Source: a virus
IMG/VR virus record: IMGVR_UViG_3300046171_000110
Span: 26,794 to 90,793 of that record
Length of the DNA stretch: 64,000 nucleotides
Direction: 5' to 3' (one strand)
The notes below the pieces were generated by a model. The model saw nothing but the letters and a program-made list of their open reading frames with translations, did no database searches and was not told the DNA's origin. Shown piece after piece: positions 1-9,245 of this stretch. The translations under genes were made by a program, and so were the position numbers. Numbering within the stretch: the first letter of the stretch is position 1; the number at the start of each line of letters is the position of its first letter.

Positions 1-2
1 GG

Positions 3-920
3 GAGGCTTCTTCTGAAAATGAGAGAAACGGATGGAATACATTACAACTTGCAGTAAAGCGTGTAATGGCTTCCTTCTACGGTATGACCGCCAGTGCTTA
101 CTGGGGCTGGTCAGACTTCGACATAGCCAGCGCTATCACAGCCTGTGGTCGAAGAGCAATCAAATTCCTTATGGAAGAATCAGAGAATCAGGGTTACAGT
201 TCCCTATACGGGCACACCGATTCTGCTTTCGTACAAGTACCGTTTGATGAGGCGCACGCCCTTGCCAAGCATTTGACTGAGACAGTTCAAAGAGAGCACG
301 AGTCTAGTCATTTGATTGTAGAGTTTGAGGCTTACATGCCTTACTGGATTGTAGGCGGTAAGAACCTGTACTACGGTATTTGTTCTTGGCCACCAGAAGA
401 TGAAGGTAAGAAGAAGTCAGCAAGGTGGGGTAAAATCAGCACACTGGCTCCTATCTCTAAGAATCTGGAGAACGATGTACTGACAGCCATCTGTAGTGGT
501 GCCAGCGAGGATGAAGTCATAGGTATGATTAGACCCATATCTAAACGCATCAAAAGAGGGGATGTAAAGTTGTCAGAAGTGGCTAGTACGACAAGGTTAC
601 AGAAATCTCTTAGTGCATACTCAGCGACTACTGGTGGGGCCGTAAAGGGTACTAGATACTTCAACGAACATCTGGCTACTACAGACAAATACGGTGAAGG
701 TGACAGTGTTAACTGGGTCTATGTCATCAAAGCACCTGACAACTTACCACCCACTGATGTGGTAGTGTATCAGAAAGAAACAGACCTAGATGGATTCGAT
801 TTGGATTATGACAAAATGGTCGATAAGTTAGTTAAGCAAAAGATGAAGGGTATCTTTGGCGCTTTGGATTGGAACTTAGAGTTCGCATCTGGTGCCGCAC
901 AGCCCAAAAAATACTGGTGA
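3..920 (+). CDS. polB: Family B DNA polymerase, C-terminal part (5' end outside window)
   Basis: Frame open from nt 3. Motif B QLAVKRVMASFYG, motif C YGHTDS, KNLYYG (KKRY equivalent), thumb region. Confidence 0.93.
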   Translation, partial: EASSENERNGWNTLQLAVKRVMASFYGMTASAYWGWSDFDIASAITACGRRAIKFLMEESENQGYSSLYGHTDSAFVQVPFDEAHALAKHLTETVQREHESSHLIVEFEAYMPYWIVGGKNLYYGICSWPPEDEGKKKSARWGKISTLAPISKNLENDVLTAICSGASEDEVIGMIRPISKRIKRGDVKLSEVASTTRLQKSLSAYSATTGGAVKGTRYFNEHLATTDKYGEGDSVNWVYVIKAPDNLPPTDVVVYQKETDLDGFDLDYDKMVDKLVKQKMKGIFGALDWNLEFASGAAQPKKYW

Positions 921-924
921 TTAA

Positions 925-1110
925 ATGAGTAGAATAGAAGACGAAGTATGTAAGAAGATACAGCAAAGAGCAGAAGTAGGTAAAAGTAAGTATGGAGTTA
1001 CTATGGAAACTGCGCCTCTATCTAGGCTAGAATGGCTTATTCATGCTCAAGAAGAGGCAATGGATTTGGCTGTTTATCTACAGAAATTAATTGAGGAGGA
1101 ATCAGAATGA
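925..1110 (+). CDS. Small helical phage protein, possibly MazG/dUTPase-like nucleotide pyrophosphohydrolase fold
   Basis: G..KYG and EWLIHAQEEAMDLAVY (EExxD) pattern; coupled to neighbours. Confidence 0.5.
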   Translation: MSRIEDEVCKKIQQRAEVGKSKYGVTMETAPLSRLEWLIHAQEEAMDLAVYLQKLIEEESE

Positions 1111-2108
1111 GCAGAAACTGGGCGGCATACGCTAAATCCACATACCAGTGGGAACCGGGACATGAGAAGATGCTCCGTATCACCAAGACTAGTCTTACTA
1201 GTGATTTTGACTTTTGTCCTAAGCAATATCAATACAAGCGAATACATCGGTTACCAGAGCCATCGACAGATGCGATGATTAAAGGTACAAATGTTCACGA
1301 TGCCGTAGAAGAGTTCTATGACAACGCTATGCCGGTTGTAGAAGAATTGTTCAAACTCATGCAGAGAGATAAGCGAGAGGAAGCGTTGGCTTTGGCTCTT
1401 AGCATACTATCTGAAAAAGAATACACTCTTGGTGAACAACCTATTATTGAAACAAGAATAAAGTGGGATTTGGAAAGGTTGCTTTCTGTCGGACCAGATA
1501 AGTATCTACCAATCATGAACGAATTAGAAGTTCATGCGTTTGTAGATGAAGAGTTTGAGTTCAACGGAGAAATGGTACCTATACCTATACACTATGCGGG
1601 AAGTATTGACCGTGGTTTCAGCGAAGAAGAGGGCGGTATAGCCATCATGGAATTAAAGACAGGCAAATGGGTGCAATCCAAAAACAAAGACGACGAATGG
1701 AACGACTCCAAGTTCAAGATGCAGTCGATGAGGACAGAGATGGCTTACTATCAATACTTACTAGCCAAAGCAGAGCATCAGTATCAGAATGTAACGCACT
1801 GGGGCTGGGTCTATCCAGCAGGCTCAGGCGCTCAATTAGATACTTACAACAAATACGGATATGAACAGAGAGCAGTTGACCGAATCGTATACGAAGCGCT
1901 GAATACTAGAACAGTCAATACTTACAGAAAAAAGATTGAGAAACTCAAGGCGGCCTTACTTACGGCTTACTTGACAGATGATTTTCCAGCAAAGCCTAGT
2001 ACGGCTAAGTGTGCATGGTGCTCTTTCAAGAGCATTTGCCCAAGTTGGGATGGGAGCAATAACCCACAAGAATATTTAGATGAATATGGAAGTGACAATG
2101 ATGAATGA
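1107..2108 (+). CDS. Cas4/RecB-like PD-(D/E)XK nuclease with 4Fe-4S cysteines
   Basis: DFCPKQY, GTNVHD, GSIDR..IMELKTG, C-terminal CAWCSFKSICP. Confidence 0.85.
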   Translation: MSRNWAAYAKSTYQWEPGHEKMLRITKTSLTSDFDFCPKQYQYKRIHRLPEPSTDAMIKGTNVHDAVEEFYDNAMPVVEELFKLMQRDKREEALALALSILSEKEYTLGEQPIIETRIKWDLERLLSVGPDKYLPIMNELEVHAFVDEEFEFNGEMVPIPIHYAGSIDRGFSEEEGGIAIMELKTGKWVQSKNKDDEWNDSKFKMQSMRTEMAYYQYLLAKAEHQYQNVTHWGWVYPAGSGAQLDTYNKYGYEQRAVDRIVYEALNTRTVNTYRKKIEKLKAALLTAYLTDDFPAKPSTAKCAWCSFKSICPSWDGSNNPQEYLDEYGSDNDE

Positions 2109-2355
2109 AGACATGATAGGAAGAACAATTGAGGTGCTTTTGTCACCTCTAGTCGACAGACCAGTAGATGCTACCTTTACTAAATTAGGTAAGGATAGAA
2201 AATACTCGGTGGCTATACAGACAAGTCTGTATGAGTTTGATGAAAGTGGTGGACCAAAAGGTCCTATGTACTTGAATTTGAACAAAGACTTGCTAAGAGA
2301 TGTAGACGACCTTGTTCAGACTTTGAGAGAAATAACTGAGAAAGCAAAAGCGTGA
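2098..2355 (+). CDS. Hypothetical protein
   Basis: ORF fills the gap between nuclease and primase; start at ATG 2098 or 2101 overlaps the upstream gene end. Confidence 0.6.
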   Translation: MMNEDMIGRTIEVLLSPLVDRPVDATFTKLGKDRKYSVAIQTSLYEFDESGGPKGPMYLNLNKDLLRDVDDLVQTLREITEKAKA

Positions 2356-2360
2356 TTTAA

Positions 2361-3464
2361 ATGAAGATTGTATTTGATTTTCCTAGGGAGGTGATGGAAC
2401 TCAGCACCGAGAAGGGTAAGGGTTTTAGAAAACTCGTTAGGTCAAATCAAGACTTAGAGAGATACTGGGCTGGTAAGAACGGTGTATCAAATGCCTTCAT
2501 GACAGTGTATGGCTATCGAGGTTTACAACAACCGCACAACAAGCGTGTTGACTTGATGACACCGATAGTCAGGCATTTCGTTATGGACTTCGACCCTAAG
2601 AATTTCAGAGAAAGGGATAGGCCAGAAGTCGAGATAGAACAGGTTTTGGAACAGACACTAAAGTTACATTACTACTTGTTAGACAAAGACATATCTCACG
2701 CCGTATGGTACAGCGGCGGTGGGTTTCATGTATGGGTCATGCTTGACAAAGAGTACATGCCCAGTGGACCTAACAGCCTATCTGCCATCAAAGAAGCAGG
2801 TATGCAGACAGTTAACGACTGGGTGATTGAACTAGGCTTGTTCTGTTCTGACCCAGCAGTTCCGTTTGATACAAGCGGTATGATAAGGATACCCAACTCA
2901 TACAATGCAAAAAGAGGACTTTGGTCTATACCTTTGTCCACTAATGATATGGAAAGGGGTATAGATTACATCATGGATAAAGCCGAAGACGCTAAGGCTG
3001 GTATGATATCCTATGGTAGTCAAGGGTTAGAATTGACTGTTAGAAAGATAAAGGAGAGAAGTCAAATATTCAATCCTAACTCAACACCCATTGATTTACC
3101 AACAGCGTCCATGGATGGAGTAATCATACTACCCTGTCTAAACTCAGCGGCCTGTAGGATAGGTAGTAACCCTAGTCATGATGCAAGAGTACAACTTGCC
3201 AAATTCCTATCAAAACGCTTGAGATATTTCATGCCTGCTTGGAAGTTGACTGAGGAAAACAGAGCCAAGCATACCGAAATCATTGTAGACTACATTCGCT
3301 CACTTCAATGGGCTGACTTCAATGAAAGCACTACCCGATACCAAGTAAGTACAATCATAGGTACAGATTACCCGCAGACTTGTTCCATGCTTTGGAAGAA
3401 AGGTATGTGCCTAGGTAAGTGCAGGTACTGGGATGGAACAGGTGCAATAACGGAGGAAGAATGA
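2361..3464 (+). CDS. Archaeo-eukaryotic primase, PriS catalytic domain fused to PriL-like Fe-S domain
   Basis: AEP motifs VMDFD, YSGGGFHVW, FDTSGMIRIPNS; C-terminal LPCL..SHDAR..YQV..TCSML..GMCLGKC. Confidence 0.85.
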   Translation: MKIVFDFPREVMELSTEKGKGFRKLVRSNQDLERYWAGKNGVSNAFMTVYGYRGLQQPHNKRVDLMTPIVRHFVMDFDPKNFRERDRPEVEIEQVLEQTLKLHYYLLDKDISHAVWYSGGGFHVWVMLDKEYMPSGPNSLSAIKEAGMQTVNDWVIELGLFCSDPAVPFDTSGMIRIPNSYNAKRGLWSIPLSTNDMERGIDYIMDKAEDAKAGMISYGSQGLELTVRKIKERSQIFNPNSTPIDLPTASMDGVIILPCLNSAACRIGSNPSHDARVQLAKFLSKRLRYFMPAWKLTEENRAKHTEIIVDYIRSLQWADFNESTTRYQVSTIIGTDYPQTCSMLWKKGMCLGKCRYWDGTGAITEEE

Positions 3465-3703
3465 TGACACTATACTACTGCGAAATTTGCGAGGAGCGTG
3501 TCAGAGCCACCAAAAGCATGAGAGATAGATATGAGGGTATTGATGACCCAGTAATTATCTGTCAAATATGTAGATACAAGAAACTAGTCCCAAGAAATTT
3601 ACTATGTACACGCACTATCAAAAGTGGCCGTCTATGTAACGGTGTAAGATTTGATAGAAATATAGACAAGTGTGCACTATGCAGGAGGAAAGGATATGAG
3701 TAA
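3461..3703 (+). CDS. Cys-rich zinc-finger protein (80 aa)
   Basis: ATG overlaps primase stop; CEIC, CQIC, C..C, CALC. Confidence 0.7.
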   Translation: MMTLYYCEICEERVRATKSMRDRYEGIDDPVIICQICRYKKLVPRNLLCTRTIKSGRLCNGVRFDRNIDKCALCRRKGYE

Positions 3704-4406
3704 AGCACCTTTGATAATCGATAGTAATGAAAGAGGCCCTTTGCATGACGCAGTCATTAGGGCTGCTGAGAGGCAGGGCTTTCCTATCAAGAAAGAACAC
3801 CTCCAAGGGATGGGCGACTACAAAGCAGGCAATGCTCACATAGAGTGTAAGAGTCTCTCTGACCTATTCCAATCTAGTCACAGCGGTCACTTGATGAGAC
3901 AGATTGAAAACCTAGATGCAAATTGCGAAAGAGTATTCCTTGTCGTACACGGTGACATAGCCAAGTATGTAGCGCTCTCAAAGAAACAAGGTAGAAATGT
4001 ATCATATTCCAAGGTCATGAATGAACTACTAGGTACATTCGCACGAATAATGGCTGACTTCGATTGTCACATATATCGTGCTAAAGACCATTCAGAAGCG
4101 GCTATGTTCATAGCCAAACTTCACAGCAAGATGCACAAGCCTGCGAGTAGGCATGGTGCAAGAGCAGTGACAAGAGTGAGCACTAATGATGTAAGGGCTG
4201 ACATGCTGATAACCATACCCGGTTTCGGCCCAGATTTGGTAGACAAGTTGCTCGCTAAGTGCGGTTCTATAGAAGAAATGCTCTTCCCAGAATCGCTCAA
4301 ACAAGTGAAAGGTATGGGAACCACTTTGAGGCAGAGGTTGCTTGAAGTCTTGACCTCGGAGGAACCAGTCAAAGTCCAAAAGACATACAACAAGAGAGGG
4401 AAATAG
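3696..4406 (+). CDS. XPF/ERCC4-family structure-specific nuclease with (HhH)2
   Basis: IIDSNE, GDY, IECKSLSDL (ERKxxxD equivalent); HhH motifs IPGFGP and VKGMGT. Confidence 0.88.
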   Translation: MSKAPLIIDSNERGPLHDAVIRAAERQGFPIKKEHLQGMGDYKAGNAHIECKSLSDLFQSSHSGHLMRQIENLDANCERVFLVVHGDIAKYVALSKKQGRNVSYSKVMNELLGTFARIMADFDCHIYRAKDHSEAAMFIAKLHSKMHKPASRHGARAVTRVSTNDVRADMLITIPGFGPDLVDKLLAKCGSIEEMLFPESLKQVKGMGTTLRQRLLEVLTSEEPVKVQKTYNKRGK

Positions 4407-4408
4407 AA

Positions 4409-5848
4409 ATGATGGAACACAGAGCAGAGAACTATGAATGCGTACACAAATATCCTATATTGAAAGGTTACCTAGACCATTTCAATCAGGTGAGTAAGAA
4501 TAATGAAATACCGGGATTACTATCCTTTTTCTTTATTCTTGGACAAGCCTCAGTAGGGTATGTAAGAATACCAGTTGGAGGGAGTAACCTCGACCCCAGA
4601 GTCAGTGTATTCTGGATTCAAGACACTAGGACTGGTAAATCAGCGTCTTATCAGATTATAGAAAAGGTGTTGAAAGCGGCTGGCCTCAAGTCAGTTGACT
4701 ACAATTCTGGTAACGATGCAGCATTAGTAGGTACATTAGTGCCGGACCCCGATTCAGAAGACCCAAGAAACCCTGATATGATGGTAAGAGAAGGTATACT
4801 CGGTGGTCGTAAGGGACTTAACTTCGACGAGGGTTCTGTCTTACTAAAGGGTGGACAGCACAATGAGAACACTACTTTGTTCTTACAATCTGCGTTAAAC
4901 TCAGCAGGTACTGGTCGTAATATACTAACTAAGCACATGGCAAGAGATACATTCAGTGTCAAATCCGAGGTGTCTTTGTGGATTACTACATATCCTCCAA
5001 AGGGTATCAAAGAGCATGTACTTGACAAGGGTATCTTTCAGCGTGTGCTGACATACTGGAGGCACTGGACTCTTGACATGAAGAGAGATGTTAATCACGA
5101 ACTAGCACAGTCAGTTCACAATAAGCCTGAATTTGAGGTATCATTTGACCAAGTATCAGATTTCTTTTCTGAATTGAAAACTAAACTTAGAGACAGGGTA
5201 CTGAATCTTAGCGGGTTGTCTCATTTAGAATGGACAGATATGAATGAAGACGATAAAGAAACAACAGTCATGAGTGTAATGGACAGAATGTTCAAGATAG
5301 ACGCATCCTATGTACCTGCTTTGATTTCGGCCATAGACGAATACTACACACTAGTAGAACCGATGGGTCCTGAAAAGCAGGGCATCTGTGCATCTTTCAT
5401 CATGGGTCTACAAAACTACACCAATGTACTAGCGCATCACATGGCTATGATAGAAGGGAGTTGGACAGTGACTGGAGACCATGTAGATATGGCTAAGGAA
5501 ATATTGTTTGACTTATATCAGAACCTTATCCAATGGCTAGAGTCAGAAGTCAAAGTCGGCTCTGGCGGCAGTGAAAAGAAGAAGATGGAAGGTCACTGGA
5601 AAGACGCTTACAACCGTTGTGAAAGATTTGACTTTGATGACCATCGAGGTGTCAACTGGGTCAAGAAAGCCGAGATGTACAAGGTGTTCGGTAACCTTGC
5701 TAATCTTAGCAGTAAGGGTTCTGTTAACGGTAAGTACAACGATTACGGGGCCAAAATGTTCAAAGAAACTAGAGAAGGTGTGTCCAAATATGTCAAACTT
5801 AGAGATGACTACATAAGTAAATCTAAGCAAGACGGGGGCAAAAAGTAA
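4409..5848 (+). CDS. MCM-like AAA+ ATPase/helicase
   Basis: Walker A QDTRTGKS, AALVG, Walker B LNFDEG, Arg-finger-like GIFQR; position in replication block. Confidence 0.7.
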   Translation: MMEHRAENYECVHKYPILKGYLDHFNQVSKNNEIPGLLSFFFILGQASVGYVRIPVGGSNLDPRVSVFWIQDTRTGKSASYQIIEKVLKAAGLKSVDYNSGNDAALVGTLVPDPDSEDPRNPDMMVREGILGGRKGLNFDEGSVLLKGGQHNENTTLFLQSALNSAGTGRNILTKHMARDTFSVKSEVSLWITTYPPKGIKEHVLDKGIFQRVLTYWRHWTLDMKRDVNHELAQSVHNKPEFEVSFDQVSDFFSELKTKLRDRVLNLSGLSHLEWTDMNEDDKETTVMSVMDRMFKIDASYVPALISAIDEYYTLVEPMGPEKQGICASFIMGLQNYTNVLAHHMAMIEGSWTVTGDHVDMAKEILFDLYQNLIQWLESEVKVGSGGSEKKKMEGHWKDAYNRCERFDFDDHRGVNWVKKAEMYKVFGNLANLSSKGSVNGKYNDYGAKMFKETREGVSKYVKLRDDYISKSKQDGGKK

Positions 5849-6003
5849 TGTCCTCTATTTGGGATTTTGAATGCGTATTCTGTGAATCTAAGATAGGAAA
5901 AGACATAGGGGGGTACTACATAGGAATGCACTGGAAGAACCCTGTGTTGGTGTGCGACTGGTGCAAAATGTGTATGGAGGATGTTGTATGTCAAACATGT
6001 TAG
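5848..6003 (+). CDS. Cys-rich microprotein (51 aa, not in ORF track)
   Basis: TAATG overlap with helicase stop; MSSIWDFECVFCESK...VCDWCKMC...CQTC. Confidence 0.6.
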   Translation: MSSIWDFECVFCESKIGKDIGGYYIGMHWKNPVLVCDWCKMCMEDVVCQTC

Positions 6004-6596
6004 CCTTAGATATTGAAACAGCAAATTTCTCTCATGAGATAGGCGGCTGGGGCCACAGTCATCTGTTTGAGCCAACCGTCGTTGCTACATGGGACGGTGA
6101 AAAGGGTACAGTTTATTCTAATGAATCAGTATCTAAATATCTACCCGAAGGTACAATTGTCAAGAAAATGCATCCTAAGATTATTGGTGATGATTTGGCA
6201 GAACATGTAGCCAAAGGCGGCATGGTACTAGGTCACAATCTGAAAGGATTTGATTTGCCAATTATCCGAGACGCTCTTGATTGCTGGACTGCCGGGGATA
6301 TCATGGCGAAGTCCCAAGAGCAAGTCTTTGACACATCCGTTCTGCTGAAAAACATAGTGGGTCACGCAGTACCCCTATCAGATGCTTGCTATCACACTTT
6401 GAACAAAGGTAAACTTATGAACAGTCACGATGCCCCGATAGAGTGGCGCAAGGGTAATTACAGCAAAGTCGCTGAGTATTGCCTGAAAGACGCTGAACTT
6501 GTATACGAACTTTGGAAGCATGGAGTAGAAGAAGGTATTGTGAAAGCAAGGTGCAGAAAAACAGGAGATGTCAAAGAGTACGAGGTGGACTGGTAA
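5988..6596 (+). CDS. DEDD-type 3'-5' exonuclease (RNase H-like fold)
   Basis: LALDIET, GHNLKGFDLP, EYCLKDA; ATG 5988 preceded by GGAGG. Confidence 0.85.
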   Translation: MSNMLALDIETANFSHEIGGWGHSHLFEPTVVATWDGEKGTVYSNESVSKYLPEGTIVKKMHPKIIGDDLAEHVAKGGMVLGHNLKGFDLPIIRDALDCWTAGDIMAKSQEQVFDTSVLLKNIVGHAVPLSDACYHTLNKGKLMNSHDAPIEWRKGNYSKVAEYCLKDAELVYELWKHGVEEGIVKARCRKTGDVKEYEVDW

Positions 6597-6745
6597 TGTC
6601 AATGATAGTCTGCGAAGTATGCGAAAGAGATAATTGGTCAGGGATTAGATGCTCTAAGCATAGAGTATGTACTTCCTGTATAGATTCCATATTGGATGAA
6701 TATTTTGAGAGGGAAAACAATGAGCGAACAAGAACAGAGCATTAG
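6596..6745 (+). CDS. Cys/His zinc-finger microprotein (49 aa)
   Basis: TAATG overlap; CEVC..CSKH.VCTSC. Confidence 0.6.
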   Translation: MSMIVCEVCERDNWSGIRCSKHRVCTSCIDSILDEYFERENNERTRTEH

Positions 6746-8217
6746 TGCAGTAGTGCACAATATAAGAGCAGCAAAGAGAACTGTCGGTACAGTGAAAACT
6801 ACACTGGGTCCGATGGGGATGGACAAAATGATGGTAGACGCTGGTGGTAATGTGATAGTTACCAATGACGGTGCTACCATATTGCAGGAGTTAGACGCAA
6901 GTCACCCTGCCGCTAAGATGGTGGTTGAGGCCGCCAACACGCAAGAAAGTATGTGCTATGATGGCACTACGAGTACAGTAGTCTTAGCAGGCGAACTACT
7001 GGGTAACAGTGAACTCCTGTTCAACAAAGGCCTACACGCCAATGTAATCTGTAGGGGTTACAGACAGGCATCTAGGTGGACTACAGAACATCTTGAGACA
7101 CTTAAGGTAGATGCCAAAGACCATCTACAGAATGTGGCTAAGACTTCAATCACAGGGAAAGCGCTTGAATCTAGCATCGAGCATGTAAGTGCTTTGTGTG
7201 TAGAAGCGGTTGAGAAAGCCGGGGGAGAGTTTGAACGAATCCGTGTTCTTTGTCAACCCGGTGGTAGCCTAGACGATTCATCATGCTTTAGTGGCGTAGT
7301 TCTCCATAAGGAGTTCATGCTACCTGCTATGCCTATGAAACCAAACGGCAAGGCTATACTCGTCAACACTAGTCTGAGTGACAGTAAAAGCGATGACAAT
7401 GTTCAACTGAGTTTAGGCTCGGCTGCTGAATATCAACAGTACAAGCGACAGACTGGTCGTGACAACTGGGTCGAGAAGGCGCAACAAATCATCAGTATGC
7501 TACCGGATGGCGGTATCGTGTTCGTCAGAGATAGCGTGAACGAAGTAGTTGCAGCGACACTAGCAAAACAAGGCATTTCTTTGGTTCATAGAGTTCCTGA
7601 AAGTGACATGACCGCTTTGTCCAAACTACTCAATACTACGATAGCCCACACTACAGAAGACCTACAAGAGGCTGTAGAGTGCGATGCAGAGTGCAAGACT
7701 ATCGGTGACATGAAGTATGTTGTAGTCAAGGGTGAAGGAGAAGTTACAACACTTATCCTAAGAGGTGCTACTAAGCAAACTCTCGATGAAACTGAGCGCG
7801 GCTTTGAAGACGCACTGGGTGTGGTCTGCTTGGCTTACACCACTCTAGGCGTAGTGCCCGGTGGAGGTTCTGCTTATCTAAATGCGGCCCTTACATCTAA
7901 GACAAAGGGCTGCGGAAGCAGGTGGTAGAGAGCAGATGGCTATCGATGCATTTGCTGAGGCTCTTGAGTCTATACCTGCCACTATTGCTGAGAATGCAGG
8001 ACATGACCCATTAGATACTGTATTGACTCTAAGAAACGAACACCAACAAGGTAACAGCGACGCTGGTCCAGATATAGAGAATGGTGGGGCTTGTTCCATG
8101 GTAGAAGCCAATGTATGGGAGCCACTTGACCTAGTCAAGCAAGCAGTACAGTCTGCTAGTGAAGTCACCATCAGCATACTAAGGATAGACGATATCGTAG
8201 TAAAGCGTGGCGAGTAG
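6720..8217 (+). CDS. Group II chaperonin (thermosome) subunit; one extra base at ~7888 splits it into ORFs 6696-7928 and 7882-8217
   Basis: TTLGPMGMDKM, TNDGATIL, YDGTTS, ILRG, GGG; second frame continues AIDAFAEALESIPATIAENAG..EP..SILRIDD. Removing one C in GCCCTTA restores a ~498-aa protein. Confidence 0.92.
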
Positions 8218-8218
8218 A

Positions 8219-8770
8219 ATGGATGATGACATCCCTACAATTGAAGTACATCTACGACATCTTAGTCCTGATGAAATGGATGATTATAGTTCTCTTAGCC
8301 ATTTCATAAAACTTTATGACCAATTCAAAGAAGAATTACACGCTGAAAACATAATAGAGAGTTTTACAATACCCGGAGAATTCTATTTCATTGTAGAGTC
8401 TGTTGACGCACATTATGACGATGGTGAAATCGAAGGTGAAGATAATTACTTAGGGTTCATAGTGGTAACTCCTCGTCGATTTGGAGAACAATGTATAGAG
8501 TTTATTTGGATAAAGCAAGACTTCAGAAGAAAGGGTTATGCCACAGAAGCAATCAAACTTTTACAGATTGAAAAGTTAGATGTTCCTTGGTATGACTATG
8601 CTCCCACAGAAGAATCAAAAGAGTTTTGGAAAACTACTGGACTTAAGCCTATGCTCATAAAAAATGAGAAAGGTCATTTAGAATTTTGCGAAGAAGCGAA
8701 ATTAAAAAACGATTACACTAATGAAATGAGAAGACAGGCTTTTTTGAAAATGATGGAGGGGGATAAATGA
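8219..8770 (+). CDS. GNAT-family acetyltransferase
   Basis: IEFIWIKQDFRRKGYAT (motif A) and ES.EFWKTTG (motif B); alternative GTG start at 8207; visibly AT-rich. Confidence 0.75.
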   Translation: MDDDIPTIEVHLRHLSPDEMDDYSSLSHFIKLYDQFKEELHAENIIESFTIPGEFYFIVESVDAHYDDGEIEGEDNYLGFIVVTPRRFGEQCIEFIWIKQDFRRKGYATEAIKLLQIEKLDVPWYDYAPTEESKEFWKTTGLKPMLIKNEKGHLEFCEEAKLKNDYTNEMRRQAFLKMMEGDK

Positions 8771-8862
8771 GACTATGCTCAAAAAGAGGCTGTTTCAATC
8801 TAGCCCATCGAGGATTTAGATACTGCTTAGCGTGCCTCCGTGGAAAAGAAGAGGAAGAGTGA
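8767..8862 (+). CDS. Cys-rich microprotein (31 aa, not in ORF track)
   Basis: ATGA overlap with GNAT stop, GGAGG upstream; MRLCSKRGCFNLAHRGFRYCLACLRGKEEEE. Confidence 0.5.
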   Translation: MRLCSKRGCFNLAHRGFRYCLACLRGKEEEE

Positions 8863-8870
8863 CCACTCAA

Positions 8871-9215
8871 CTATCTTCTATTCTTTATTCTACGGACTAA
8901 TGCTGGGATATCAGCGACTGGCTCCTTAACTCTATTCATGTATGTAGCAAAGCCCTTGGATTCAGGTAATTTGCCTTGCCCGCCATAGGATTGAGATTGT
9001 ACCATATGCCCATATGGTCTATACTCTTCTTCATAGAGTTGAGGAAAGTCTTCTGGTGTGATATCACCAAAAGGTCTCACTTCTGGATTAAGAAGCCTAC
9101 TTTGTGCATCATCTGATACGGGTAAAGTATTGAATCTATAAATAGGAGCAGGTAAATTCTCTTGCGCTTGCATTGATTTTAAAATGGCCCAAGCGTCATT
9201 AAATGCCCTGCCCAT
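8871..9215 (-). CDS. Hypothetical protein with N-terminal AFxDAWxxLKS motif
   Basis: AGGAG RBS and TATA-like box upstream; N-terminus resembles a motif repeated in the gene at 58991-60808. Confidence 0.7.
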   Translation of the reverse strand: MGRAFNDAWAILKSMQAQENLPAPIYRFNTLPVSDDAQSRLLNPEVRPFGDITPEDFPQLYEEEYRPYGHMVQSQSYGGQGKLPESKGFATYMNRVKEPVADIPALVRRIKNRR

Positions 9216-9237
9216 AACACTCCTAAGCGTTTAGATG

Positions 9238-9245
9238 AGATAAAC
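9238..9245 (-). promoter_or_regulatory. Putative archaeal TATA-like box
   Basis: GTTTATCT 23-30 nt upstream of ATG 9215 in a short intergenic gap. Confidence 0.35.

Noticed and set aside
895-920. PCNA-interacting PIP box at the PolB C-terminus (AQPKKYW)
   Set aside because: Spacing does not fit QxxLxxFF; cannot be supported without homologues.
1107-2108. CRISPR-Cas adaptation module
   Set aside because: Only a solo Cas4-like nuclease; no cas1/cas2 and no repeat-spacer array seen.
7882-8217. Independent 111-aa gene or split chaperonin
   Set aside because: It is the chaperonin C-terminal equatorial segment; deleting one C in a short run restores the full protein.
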